A stretch of DNA of 64,000 nucleotides, taken from NCBI RefSeq assembly GCF_009914755.1, contig NC_060944.1, one strand, 5' to 3'. The notes below the pieces were generated by a model. It saw only the letters and a list, made by a program, of their open reading frames with translations. It did no database searches and was not told the origin of the DNA. Source of the DNA: the human T2T-CHM13v2.0 reference genome, Homo sapiens. The translations under genes were made by a program, and so were the position numbers. Positions 39,861-51,763 of the stretch are shown here, piece after piece; position 1 is the first letter of the stretch, and each line of letters starts with the position of its first letter.

Positions 39861-40019
39861 CTCCATCATTTCGAAAGTCACCCAGATCAAGGAGGAATAC
39901 GTGGAATGCACAGAAAAGTACAAAGTAAAAACAAAACAAAAAGTGACCTGCAATTAACCTCCCACAGGTGATCGCTTTTTCAGCTTTGTACCTTCCTAGT
40001 GCAGACTCAGGTCCCACCA

Positions 40020-41270
40020 GGGCGCACCTGCGCTCTGGGGCGTCTGCGTGGCAGGGGTGGGGACCCGCAGACGCTCTCAACCCCGCCGCCTCCCACCAGG
40101 GCCCAAAGGCTCGGGTGGTGGGAGACAGACCCCAGGGCGGGAGCATGGGCCCCAGGACGCAACCCTCCACCCCCGCGCCGGTCCCCCGGTCCCCTGCTGC
40201 CCACTGCCTGTGACCCTCGCCTCCCTGCCTGTCGCCCGCTGCCCCAGTCCTCCTACCCGAGTCCCCCTGCCGGTCCCCGGCTGTCCTGGCCCCTCTGCCC
40301 CCGCCCCGTAGACCTCGCTCCCCTGCCGGTCCTCCATGGCCCCCGGTCCTCCTACCTGCGTCCTCCTGCCCGGCTGTCCCAGCCCCGCAGCTCCCGCCCC
40401 AGGCCCCCACCCGCCCCGCCCCCGTTGTCGGCCCCCGGTGAACGCGCCGTCCCAGAAGCACCTCAGCTTGGTTCCGCGGATGAACGGACGCTTCTCCCGC
40501 CCGGCCCCCAAAAGCTGCCGTCCTCCGCGGCCACTACGACCAGCTGCGGTCCGGGGCCCGGGGTGGGAGTTGGACTGCGTGGCTGCGCGTCCCCATGGCG
40601 ACCGGGCGGGTGCGCGCGTCAGGGGCTGGGGCCTAAGGCGGAAGTCCCGCCCTTGCCGGCTCCCGTGAGACCTTGCAAAGCGCAACGTAGCCGGAAGCTG
40701 GTGGCGGCTGGTGGGCGACCGGGCGCATCCTCATTGCAGTGCGGCGGCCCTACCTCGGCCCTGGCCTGACCCCGGCGGCCCTGCCCGCCCCTCCCTCCAG
40801 GTAAGCGCGCGGCTCGGCGGCGCGGGCTCGGCCTGAGGCCCCGGCTGCCGCGGCGTCGTCCCCGGCCTTCGCGGGCGGACCTCCCTGCCGCAGCCTCCTC
40901 CACCCGGACCCCGCTCCACCCTGAGGCTGCTGCCCCAGAGCTTGGGGGCGCCCACCCTGACCTCCCCCAGTTCCCTCGGCGCTGGGCGGCGGGGCCCTTC
41001 TCGCGCGGACGCCCCGCTGCAGCCGCCCCTCCGCCGTGCCGCCCCCCGCCCCTCGTGCCCCCTTCCGTACGAAGCTGCCCTCCACCCGCACCCCGGATCT
41101 GGAATCTCCCACCGGTTACGGGAGTCCAGAGGGTCCCTGCCCACGCACGTCGCCTCCCGGGGCGCGAGCAGGACCCTGCCCCGTCCGCTTCAACACCCTT
41201 TTCCCGAGCTCCTTCGGACCCAGGACTCGGCCTGGACACATCCCAGTCAGGTGGCCTCTGAAGCCCGGTG
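40020..41270. promoter_or_regulatory. CpG island / ARFGAP1 TATA-less promoter with ETS (CGGAAG) and GC-box sites
   Basis: GGCGGAAGTCCCGCCC near 40637-40652; CCGGAAG at 40691; dense CpG. Confidence 0.9.
40690..40800 (+). other. ARFGAP1: ARFGAP1 non-coding exon 1 (TSS approximate)
   Basis: Strong donor CAG|GTAAGC at 40801 within the CpG island; no ATG in the exon. Confidence 0.8.
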
Positions 41271-42191
41271 GGGCTTCCACCCCCTAAGAAGTGAGGGTCC
41301 TAAGAAGGAGATATATTTTTACATCTTGGTTTCAAGCGTTCAGAGTTTTTGCGTTATTTTTCAAGATAAACTATATTTGTACTTTTGAAGGTTAGGAGGT
41401 ATTTGCTTTCGTGTTACTAACTTTAACATTTCAGGGAACTAGGGCTCTTGAATATTCAAAATAGTCACGTAGAGGAGTTCCTCTTAAATCCAAGCCAAGT
41501 CCTTTCCTTTTTACACACTCTCTCCCTCCGGTAGTTCTGTGAGTATCCTGTATGTTTTACAGTTAGAAATTCCAGCCGTCTCCTCATGGTTCTGACTTTT
41601 GTTTGCCTGTGTCTGTTGACCAATACATAAGCCCCGAGGGCAGACGTGGTGCTATGGAAAGAGTACAGGACCGAGTATGGCGACCAGGATTGGTCTCGTC
41701 CTGCTTTGGCGGCTCACCTCCTCTCCGTGGGCCGTGGCTTCTGCATGTGCCGTGGTTCTGCACAGGGCCCTCAGTGGCTGCTGTGACAAGAATGTGTCCC
41801 GAGGCCCTTGTAAGCTCAGTCCCGCTCCCTGCCCCGCCAGGGCACCTCTCCCCACAGGTTTTCCCTATTCCATCCTCAGTCGGCTGTATAGGTGGATGCT
41901 CAGTTTGATGACGGTATCCGCCTGAATGAGTCATGCTGGGGGTCCAAGTCCTGCGGTCAGGAGTGAGCATTCAGATGTCTGCCTCATGATCTGTGGTTCC
42001 TGGACACTCTTACAGAAGGCACAGAATTATGGAGCAGAAGGGAGCCCAGGGTGAACTTTTGGTTTTGTTTTGATGAACTGCAGAAAACAGGTGTTTATTT
42101 CCTAACTTTGAATAGGTTTAAGGTGGGCACTGGTCAATACTAGGAGTCATGGGCTTCAGAATTTAGAAACTTTGGCCGTGTGGAGTTGGGA

Positions 42192-42211
42192 CCCCCCCCC
42201 CCCCCCCCCCC
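42192..42211. repeat. Poly-C tract (C20)
   Basis: Direct count. Confidence 0.9.
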
Positions 42212-43463
42212 GCCCAGTGAATATCTTATTTCTGGATACTTAAGATTAGAAATGAAATATAAGACAGAGGTTTTTGTTTTTTGTTTTTTAAAAGCTCTGC
42301 CTACACTGTGAATAGGAAAGCTGGTCTACACAGTCCTCTTAAACACAGTGAAGGAGGGAAGGGCTGGCACTGGGAAGGTCAGCAGTACACACGTGTGTAG
42401 CTTCCCATGGCTTACAGAGTTCAGCGTGTTCTCTGTGTAGTGAGAGGTAGAGGGAACAGCACACGGCTCCATTCATATTGAGAGGTGGATGAGCCTCAGA
42501 CAACGCACTGAGGCATGGGCTGGCAGGGATCCAGGTCTGCTGCCTCCAGGCTGGACTATCTTCTACAGTTTGCTCGGTGGCGTGGTGTGCAGGGCCACTG
42601 GGTCATTCCCCCTTGACGCTGGGGTTGGTACCACCCCTTCCTCCGGCTTTGAATCTTAACTATATCAATTTTCCTGGTCCTGAATTAGATGGGCCACCAG
42701 TTGAAGTTGTACTTTGCTGAAGCTAGGAGAGCTGCAGAGACATCCATAGGTTTTCTCTTCACCCTAAACCTTGTTGCTGCTGTCCCAGTAGGGTCCCCGT
42801 GAGTCACTGTGGTGGGGGCTGATGGTCTGAAGCCACTCTCCTTGTCCTGCAGCAGCCACACTGTCGCCCCCATGCCTCAGAATGGCCCCAGAAGGACCTA
42901 CTGCAGGTCCCCCAGCAGGCTGGACTTTCCACACACTCCAGGCAGCGGGGCACAGGCGGGAGCCTCCCTGCACTGCGTTGGGAAGGTGGTGGGGAGGGTG
43001 GAGCGCAGAGTCCCTGGGCTCCCTGTCGTTGGCAGTGATCAGCCCAAGTGTGGTGTGTCGCCTTTTAGGTGGAAAATCGAATTTTGCAGCCAATCTGTGT
43101 GTATTTTTAAAGACTACCCCTTGCTGTGGATTTCACCATTAGAAGACAGGACTTTTTATAACTGGTGCAGTCTTGGTGATGAATAAGCTTAAGCAAAGCG
43201 GCAGCAGTAATGATATGGTCTTCCTGATCATCGCCCTGGCCGCAGCCTGGGAGCCTCCTGGGGGTATGGGGAACAGATCCTTCAGTAAGTGGTCCCTGCG
43301 GACCCCTGCTGCGAGTGGTCCTGTGACCGGGGCTTCCAAGCAGCTCAACAGATTGCCCCTCAGGTTTTCTGTTGTGTGGTGTTTTTGGACAGACGTTATT
43401 TTCTTTTTTGTAGAGTAGCCTGTTTGTAAGTTTAAAGTGTTTATTTTTCTCCTTTGCAGCATC

Positions 43464-43523
43464 ATGGCCAGCCCAAGAACCAGGAAGGTTCTTAAAGAAG
43501 TCAGGGTGCAGGATGAGAACAAC
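43464..43523 (+). CDS. ARFGAP1: ARFGAP1 exon 2 coding part (exon starts at 43460)
   Basis: ttgcag|CATC ATG G: MASPRTRKVLKEVRVQDENN; donor GTAAGC. Confidence 0.97.
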
Positions 43524-43973
43524 GTAAGCCTCTGCCCCCCACCCCCCGCCCTAAGGCTTGGTCAGGGTCAGTGAGTTCCGGGAAGTTGTACTCTGAGCCT
43601 GTAGTCCTGGGACCCTCCTGCAGTGGATGGTGGTTGGCGTGGCTCTGGACGTGCATGGCTTGTGCTGGCTGGTGGCCTGGGTGGCCGGCTCTTAGAGTGG
43701 TGCCATTTCTGGCGCTCATCAGTGCTGGCTGTCGGGGGTGGGGGCGCCTCCACATTTCTCAGGTCACTCGCTCTAAGGACAGGTCCGCCTCGTCTTCCCA
43801 TCTGAACATTTTATTACACGGAGGCTCTTTCCCCTCACGCCTTGCCCTGACCCACACCCCCGGCCACCCTGGGCAGCCCTCTGCATTCGCTCCTTGAGGC
43901 CACCTGTCGGGTCTTTGGGGTCCCTGGGCTCTGCCCTGAGCCACCTGGTGAGTCACTTGTGGCCCCTTTGCAG

Positions 43974-44083
43974 GTTTGTTTTGAGTGTGGCGCGTTCAAT
44001 CCTCAGTGGGTCAGTGTGACCTACGGCATCTGGATCTGCCTGGAGTGCTCGGGGAGACACCGCGGGCTTGGGGTTCACCTCAG
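43974..44083 (+). CDS. ARFGAP1: ARFGAP1 exon 3 (ArfGAP zinc finger and arginine finger)
   Basis: [36 protein letters not shown] = CxxC-x16-CxxC-x4-R. Confidence 0.98.
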
Positions 44084-44362
44084 GTCAGTGTCCTGCCGCT
44101 CTGGCTCTGCGGAGAGCCTGCGGCCACCCCAGCATCTGTTCCTGACACCAGAGGTGCTGACGCCAGGGAAGCTTGGGGGCCACCTCCCATTGCATTGCCA
44201 GTGTCCACTCTAGTGACGCCATGGCACAGAGTTCCAGCTGCTGGCCACTCAGCCTCCCTGCGGCTGCTGCTTGCTGTGTCTAATTCTCAGGACGATGCTG
44301 GGTGGAGGGTGTCCCTGGGTGTCCCCGGTGCTGGTTGATCTGCTCGATCCTCTGCTTTCCAG

Positions 44363-44534
44363 CTTTGTGCGCTCTGTTACTATGGACAAGTGGAAGGACA
44401 TTGAGCTTGAGAAGATGAAAGCTGGTGGGAATGCTAAGTTCCGAGAGTTCCTGGAGTCTCAGGAGGATTACGATCCTTGCTGGTCCTTGCAGGAGAAGTA
44501 CAACAGCAGAGCCGCGGCCCTCTTTAGGGATAAG
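44363..44534 (+). CDS. ARFGAP1: ARFGAP1 exon 4
   Basis: SFVRSVTMDKW...MKAGGNAKFREFLE...KYNSRAAALFRDK. Confidence 0.97.
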
Positions 44535-45087
44535 GTAGAGATGGGCCCGATTCACTCTTGCCCATGGTGTGGGGCTGCCCTGCCGTTTGTGGCAGCTGGA
44601 CTGTGGCCTTTAGTGGTTCTGGAGTCGGTTCTTCTGCTGGTTCTGACACACCCACTGGGCCACACACAACTTGCCGCCCTGGAGCAGAGGCTTCCTGCCC
44701 AGAGGGGAGGCAAATGGCTTGCGGGGGGAGACAGACCTTCCCCGCCTCCAGGGGAGAAAGCAGCTGTGACCGTTTATTGCCTCTGTGACATGTTGGGCAC
44801 AGTGTTTCTAAGAAGTCTGGAGGCCAAATAGGTGGGTCCCCCTGTGTTGGAAGTTGGAGCTGCACCAACTAGGAGCTCCCCAGCACTGTTGTTCATTGTA
44901 AAGTGAGTCCTGGCCTCGCATCCACACCTGGTCTGTGCACCTGAGCAGGGGCCGTCGAGGGGGCCGGGAGGAGGCTGCGGGTGGTGGGTGCTCCAGGCGG
45001 GCCGTGGGGGGTGCGCTGGAGTCGACGGTGCCCGAGGGCATCGCCAGGCGCCTTTATGCTCTCGAATGCCCTGTGTCTCCTTGTCAG

Positions 45088-45188
45088 GTGGTCGCTCTGG
45101 CCGAAGGCAGAGAGTGGTCTCTGGAGTCATCACCTGCCCAGAACTGGACCCCACCTCAGCCCAGGACGCTGCCGTCCATGGTGCACCG
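45088..45188 (+). CDS. ARFGAP1: ARFGAP1 exon 5
   Basis: VVALAEGREWSLESSPAQNWTPPQPRTLPSMVH; AG/GT. Confidence 0.95.
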
Positions 45189-45999
45189 GTAGCTGCTCCT
45201 CGTGGGGCCTTAGTACAGTTTCCACTGGGTCCTGAACTTAGTAGATTGGGTTTCCCACAGAATTCTCCCCTTCTTTGCTGTTGTGACAGCTCTTTTCCCA
45301 GAAGTCAGTGGGAAAAACAGCTTTTTAAAATTGCCAAAACAATACAAGCTTTTAGTAAATTTAGACACCCATAGAGCTGTCTCAGATAGCGCCCCAGGTA
45401 AGCTCCGCACGCCTTCCAGGTGTGCACACAGCCGTGTCTGCCGTGGCGCTGTGGGAGTTCACATCTCCATCTGCTCACGGGGGTGTTGTCTGCCCTTCCC
45501 CAGAGTTGCCCATCTGCCTGTGGCACTGGCCCTGGCACCCTTGAACTGACCCCGTCATGGATGCGTCCCACGTCCCACTGCAGGAACGTCCCGGGTGGGG
45601 TGACTGGGTAGCACGAGGCCTCCCCACCTCATCTGGAGCCCTGTAGTCCTGCCACATCCACGTGCTTCTGACGGAAGGCTTTGCACTGCGGGCAACTCCG
45701 GCTTGATTCCAGGCCCTCGGCCCTCTTGCCTCACCTCTCCCCGCTGCCTCCTGCCAACAGGGAGAGTGCAGAGCCCACTGTGGAGGCCTCTCGTGTTGCC
45801 CATGAGGCTGGCATTGCTGGGGTTTCAGCACCTGAGCCCGAGCAGCCACTCAGAGCTGAAGGCCACCCTGGCCTCAGGTGCTCTCAGGGGTGACGTGAAG
45901 GCACTGCCCACGTAGGCCACATGGTTCTGGGGGTGCTTCTGGGGTTACCTCAGACTTCACCCAGTTTTGGCCTTACCAGCCTTCGATTCTCGGTTTCAG

Positions 46000-46086
46000 A
46001 GTCTCTGGCCAGCCGCAGAGTGTGACCGCCTCCTCGGACAAGGCTTTTGAAGACTGGCTGAATGATGACCTCGGCTCCTATCAAGG
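46000..46086 (+). CDS. ARFGAP1: ARFGAP1 exon 6
   Basis: VSGQPQSVTASSDKAFEDWLNDDLGSYQ; donor GTAAGG. Confidence 0.94.
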
Positions 46087-46218
46087 GTAAGGACTTGAGA
46101 GCTGGGGACGCCTGGCGTGGGCCAGGCCCACAGGGTTCAGTCTGGTGGGTAGGGCTGCTTCCCTTGGGGCCTCCCATGTGCAGTGGGTGTGGGACCCAGG
46201 CATGCGCGGTGCAGGGTC

Positions 46219-46419
46219 TGATTGCAGTGAGTCCCAGCCAGCCCAGTGTGAATTGGGGGTCTTGGGTGTATTGCAGTGAGCCCCAGCCAGCCCAGGTGTG
46301 AATTGGGGGGTCTTAGATGTATTGCAGTGACCCCCAGCTGCCCAGGTGTGAATTGGGGGTCTTGGGTGTATTGCAGTGACCCCCAGCTGCCCAGGTGTGA
46401 ATTGGGGGTCTTGGGTGTA
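46219..46419. repeat. About 49-50-bp tandem repeat, 4 copies
   Basis: ATTGCAGTGACCCCCAGCTGCCCAGGTGTGAATTGGGGGTCTTGGGTGT. Confidence 0.9.
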
Positions 46420-46781
46420 GAGAAGCGCTAACACTTAGAAGAAAAGCATAACACATTTTCTGCGTGGAATCTGCTGGACCTATAAATGAATTTTTATCCC
46501 CAAAGCTGTCATATTAAGTTGTTTTGATCCTTCTTCTAGTACTTCTGTGGCTGGCTTTGGGGACTTGCTGGGGACCCTGTGGTGATGTGGCAGGAGGGTC
46601 TTTTTAAATGATCAGAAAGCACATCTCTCTGCTGCCACAGGAGGCAGCGTGCATGTCCTGTGCGTGGGGACGTTGGCACGTCCCCCAGAGCCCCAGCCTT
46701 GCCTGTGTTCAGGGCCCCACGCCCTCGGGAGGAGCAGGGTTCATGCCAGCATCTTCGGCCTCTTGTCCGCTTTGTTTTCAG

Positions 46782-46878
46782 GGCCCAGGGGAATCGCTAC
46801 GTGGGGTTTGGGAACACGCCACCGCCTCAGAAGAAAGAAGATGACTTCCTCAACAACGCCATGTCCTCCCTGTACTCG
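46782..46878 (+). CDS. ARFGAP1: ARFGAP1 exon 7 (start of ALPS1)
   Basis: AQGNRYVGFGNTPPPQKKEDDFLNNAMSSLYS; donor GTGAGG. Confidence 0.96.
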
Positions 46879-47081
46879 GTGAGGACTTGGCCCTGCAGAG
46901 CATCTCCCATGGGCAGACCCCGCCCTGAGGGCACGACGGGCCATAGTGGGCAGTGTGGCAGTCCTGGAACATGTGCTCTTTGCCTTGTTCTGATCTAAGG
47001 ACCCCTCCCTTACCTTCAGCGACGTTTTCTTTCAAAAATGTGGCTTAAATTTTTCAGATCCCAAATGTATTCAATCACTTC

Positions 47082-47388
<307 letters not shown>

Positions 47389-47742
47389 ATCACTTACTTC
47401 TAACACAAAATGTGTGTATTTCAAATCTAACAACAGCCATTCTTCCAAGGAACCCAAGGACTCTGATGGCAGCCACTTGGCCAGGTTCTCTGCAGAGGGG
47501 AGTGCTACATGCATTGGGAAGCTGGCTCTGTGCTTGGGTCTCTGGCAGCGCTGGGAAGTTGCTCGGGTGCTGCCTGAGGTCACTCAGGGCCATTTCTGGT
47601 CTGGGGATGCCTGGAAGCTCCAGGTCAGATGTTCAGAGTATGACACCCTGGGCTTGTTGCCATTTTGCTATTAACGGGAATACATTTTGTTCCACTTTCT
47701 TTTTCCAAGGAAATTTTTACCATCTTTAAAAAATGATTTTTG

Positions 47743-48038
47743 TAGGTGTGATGGCTCACGCCTGTAATCCCAGCACTTTGGGAGGCCAAGGCGGGCGGAT
47801 CACCTGAGGTCAGGAGTTCGAGACCAGCCTGGCCAATGTGGCGAAACCCCGTCTCTACTAAAAAAATATAAAAATTAGCCAGGCGGGGTGGCATGTGCCT
47901 TGTAGCCCCAGCTACTGAGGAAGCTGAGGCAGGAGAATTGCTTGAACCCGGGAGGCGGAGGTTGCAGAGAGCCGAGACAGCACCATTGCACTCCGACCTG
48001 GGCGACAGAGTCCGACTCCATCTCAGAAAAAAAAAAAG
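47743..48038 (+). mobile_element. AluS
   Basis: Sense full-length Alu with an A tail. Confidence 0.92.
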
Positions 48039-48144
48039 ATTTTTATTCATTGCAGCATTGTTGTCCGTGACACCAGCAACCTGAGCCTTTGGCCACGGGG
48101 GCTGCTTAAACGGGAGCTTGCGCTGAGAGCCAAGGAAGGGCTTA

Positions 48145-48340
48145 TTTTGTTTTTTGTTTTTTTGTTTTTGTTTCTTTTGGAGACGGGTCTTGCTCTGTTG
48201 CCAGGGCTGGAGTACAGTGGCATAATCATAGCTCACTGTGGCCTGGAACCCTGGGCTCAACCATCCTCCCACCTGGGCCTCTCAAGTTGCTTAGCCTCCC
48301 AGAGTTCTGGTATTACAGGCATGAGCCACCACGCCTGGCC
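48145..48340 (-). mobile_element. Old partial Alu (AluJ/FRAM-like)
   Basis: Antisense Alu words, internally shortened. Confidence 0.8.
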
Positions 48341-49173
48341 AGAAAGGGCTTTTTAATAACTAGCATGACAAGATCTTCAAAGTCTGTTAACTGGAAATAA
48401 GCAGGTTTAAAGCGGATGTCTTCATCTGCAAGAGCCCCCAAGTGTGTGGAGCTTCCAGTCGCTCGGGGTGGCCTGGTTGCACCTCTGGCCGCTGACGGCC
48501 ATGGTTGCTAGCTCTTGCAGTCATTGCTACATCTTTAGGGAAGAAAAGCGCATTTTTCCAGCCTGTGTGTGGGCTTCATTTTTGTGGCCCTTCCTTCTGC
48601 TGCCTTTTGCTGGGAAGCTGCTCTCTGGGGAAGGCAGCTCAGCTTGGTGATCTCTCAAGTGAGGGTCCCTTTGCACTTCCTTTAGGAGGAAGAGGGTGAG
48701 TTGTGATTGAAATGAGACGTTTATTTTTTTAAATAGCTTTAATTATCTTGAGAGGCTCAGAAGGAAACCCTGAGCATAGATGAAGGAGAGCAGGTTACGC
48801 TGGTCGTGACCCCACACGCCTCACCTCTGCCTGTTCCTCTAGGGAGGCAGGAGGGAGCGCCGGCCATGGGGAGGGGTCCTGCCCTGCAGGGTGGGCTTGC
48901 TTCTTGAGGGTGGTGGGAGCCACGGGAGGCTGGTTTGCGCTGTGTTGGGAGCACTGCAGTTGGCGAGGTGGGGGTAGAGGGTGCGTTTCTGTTGTGCCCT
49001 GGGTCCAGTTGCACTCCTCCAGCAGCCTGGAGAAGCAGGCGCGGTGGGGTCAGGATGGGACGGGGGCCTGGGGCAGCCTCTGCCTTGGTCCTCTTCCTTG
49101 CTGAGATACTCTGCTCAGCGCCGGGTTCCTGGGTCCCAGTCCTGATGTGGCTGCTCTTTGTCGCCTCCCTCAG

Positions 49174-49230
49174 GGCTGGAGCAGCTTCACCACTGGAGCC
49201 AGCCGGTTTGCCTCGGCAGCCAAGGAGGGC
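49174..49230 (+). CDS. ARFGAP1: ARFGAP1 exon 8 (rest of ALPS1)
   Basis: GWSSFTTGASRFASAAKEG; donor GTAAGT. Confidence 0.96.
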
Positions 49231-49865
49231 GTAAGTCACTGCCCCCGCCATGCCACCGTCCCCACCAGGCCCTCGGGACACTGGCTGCTGCTGGCCTGGG
49301 GTTCTGGGAGCTGCAGAAGGGATGTGGGACACAGAGGGTTTCTGGGTGCTGTAACCATGGGCTGTGCCAACGCAGTACCAGCCAGGGTGGTCCTGAGACC
49401 TTGGAGGTTCTGCAGGAACACAGCAGCCCAGGCTGTCAGGAGCTGCTCCTGTGTCAGACCAGCTGCTGGCAAAGGGGTCCCGCCCTGATGAAAGTGAGGG
49501 AGATGTGAGCCCCATTGATTCCTAGACTCCACCCTATCCAAGCAGGGCAGGTCTCCGGCACCCTGTGCCCTGGAGCTTCTTCTGGGGCTCAAGTCGTGTT
49601 TTGAGAGCGATTTCTCTCTTTCGCCTGCTCCTCAGCCTGAAATGAGGGGAGGATTTGGGGCTTTCGTCAGGGCAGACAGTGAAGCATGAGGCAGAGACCC
49701 AAGAGCAGGCCTGACACCAGGATGGAGCATGGGCCCCCGGGGGCTGGGCTGTGGTGTTACAGGAGAAGGGGAAGCCCAGAGCAGGGCAGCGCGGGGCAGC
49801 TGGGTGCCTGCAGCTGCCCGCAGAAGCAGCCAAGGCACCTAGGGTGGGGCTCTTGTGAGTGGAAG

Positions 49866-50036
49866 TCACGGTGCGCACCTGTCAGATGTCCCCGTGGTCA
49901 CCCTGGCCCCGTGTCTTCCCCCGTCACAGCGCTCACCTGTCACATGCCCCTGTGGTCACTCTGGCCCCGTGTCTTCCCCCGTCACAGCGCGCACCTGTCA
50001 CATGCCCCTGTGGTCACTCTGGCCCCGTGTCTTCCC
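49866..50036. repeat. 58-bp tandem repeat, about 3 copies
   Basis: CACCTG recurs at 49876, 49934 and 49992. Confidence 0.88.
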
Positions 50037-50701
50037 TGGGAGAGGAAGGCCTGGGAGGGCCCTGGAAGGGGCAGCAGGCCAGGTGTCCACGCTCCAGCTC
50101 CCACGGCCCCGTGACTTTGCCGAGCGTCAGCTTCTGGTTCCCGCCAGGGCCGCCGTTTTCTCGTCTGCACGGGAGGGCTGCGGCCTGGGGAGGCCCAGGT
50201 ACCTTCCAGCCAGAGTGTCACGACCGGGCCTTTTCTCCTCCCCCCGAGCTTTAAAGTGACCAAGGTGCCTGGACTGTGCTGGGCATGGAGCCGTCCCCAC
50301 AGCAGGGTAGATGGGGCTGGGGCGGTGGCACTGTCCATTGAAGATAGCGCTGGTGTGGCTTCCCCAGCCCGTCTTCTGCTCCAGCAGGCCCCGGCCCTGT
50401 CCTGAAGTCTGGAGGATGGGGTTGGCCCTGCTGTTCCCTGGCCTTGCACGCTGCTCACGTGTGCCCTCACCCCAATAGCACACCGAGCTGGCCTCCCTCT
50501 AGGGAGAGGCCAGCATTTGTGCTAATCCAGTCTCTGCTGCAGCTCTTCTGGGCATCTCAGAGTTATAGGGCCCGCCCAGAGCCGCTGGCAGCCCGGGGGC
50601 CATTGAGAGACAGTCCTGGACCTGAGTCTGTGGGCCCTGAGGAAGGATGCCTGGCAGCCCATGTTAAGTCTGTCAAGCCTTGTCTTTGTTTTTCATTTTA
50701 G

Positions 50702-50734
50702 GCTACAAAGTTTGGATCCCAAGCGAGTCAGAAG
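50702..50734 (+). CDS. ARFGAP1: ARFGAP1 exon 9
   Basis: ttttag|GCT ACA AAG: ATKFGSQASQK; donor GTAACA. Confidence 0.94.
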
Positions 50735-51733
50735 GTAACAGAGGAGAAGCTTCTGCACCCTGGTGCATCTGAAACTATCCTGAGTCTGACGTCACGTGCA
50801 GCACCTGAAGCTGCCTGGTTCCCTCTTCTCAGGCCACATGCTCAGAGCTGAGGGGTCCCAGCGTAGAAGGGGGTGTTCCTGCCATGCTGTTCCCCTCCTC
50901 ATGCCCGGGTGGCTGCCTCATGGACCCACTCAGGGCCTGCAGGGCCAAACTCGTTTCCTGTTCACTGGTAGCTGGTACCGGTGTGTGGCCACTGCGGCCG
51001 GCCACCTTGTTGGGAGCAGGACTGCCCGGCTTGGCAGATGGCCCACGCTGGCGGTGGCCGCTCAGCCAGAAGGGCCGCTGTGGTTGGTGCTGTGCCTGCG
51101 GCACACTGGACGCGTCTGCACTTCGAGGCAACGGAGCGTCTCTTTGCTCTGGCCAGGGCTTCCCCCAGTCGGGGCAGTGTGGCCTCAGGCCTTTGCATGT
51201 TTTTTATTCTTTAGGATGTGGGTAGGGGCCCCGCGGTTCCCACTTGGTGGTCAGGGCTGTGATCTGGCTGTCCTCGGGTTCAGAATCACACCCAGGAGGC
51301 AGTACCCATGTGAGGCTCACCATGAAAGCTCAGGACTGCAGGCGTGGAGCTGTGCATGGCTCTAGGACGCGCCTTTGCCCCCTGGGCGAGGGTGTCCTTT
51401 CTCACGAGGTGCCCATCCGTCACCCCCGTGGCCCATATCACCCCTTCCTCTCTGAGGGAGTCTCCCCACGTGCCCACCCCCAGCTGCAGGGACGCCCATC
51501 TGGCTTTTTCGTGGGCCTCCCAGGGTCCTGAGGTGCAGTCGCTCGCGCAGTTTCTGAAGGTGGTGGTCAGTTCCAGGGCAGGGAGCGGCTGCTCCAGGGT
51601 TGTGTTGCTGAGAGCCTGCCCGGTGCTGCCTTAGTGTTGCGGCACCCCATGGTGGGTTCGAAGGCGCTGCTGGTTACTAATGCCGCCCCTCACCTTGCTC
51701 TCTCCTCACCTGTCTTCTTGCTGTCGGGTAAAG

Positions 51734-51763
51734 TTTTGGGGTCACAAGCAGCAGCCGGAGCCG
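51734..51763 (+). CDS. ARFGAP1: ARFGAP1 alternative 30-nt exon (FWGHKQQPEP; brain-type isoform)
   Basis: aaag|TTT TGG...CCG|GTAAAG, phase 0/0; matches the recalled 10-aa tissue-specific insert. Confidence 0.85.

Noticed and set aside
45822-45845. TTCAGCACC REST left half-site
   Set aside because: No GGACAG right half at canonical spacing
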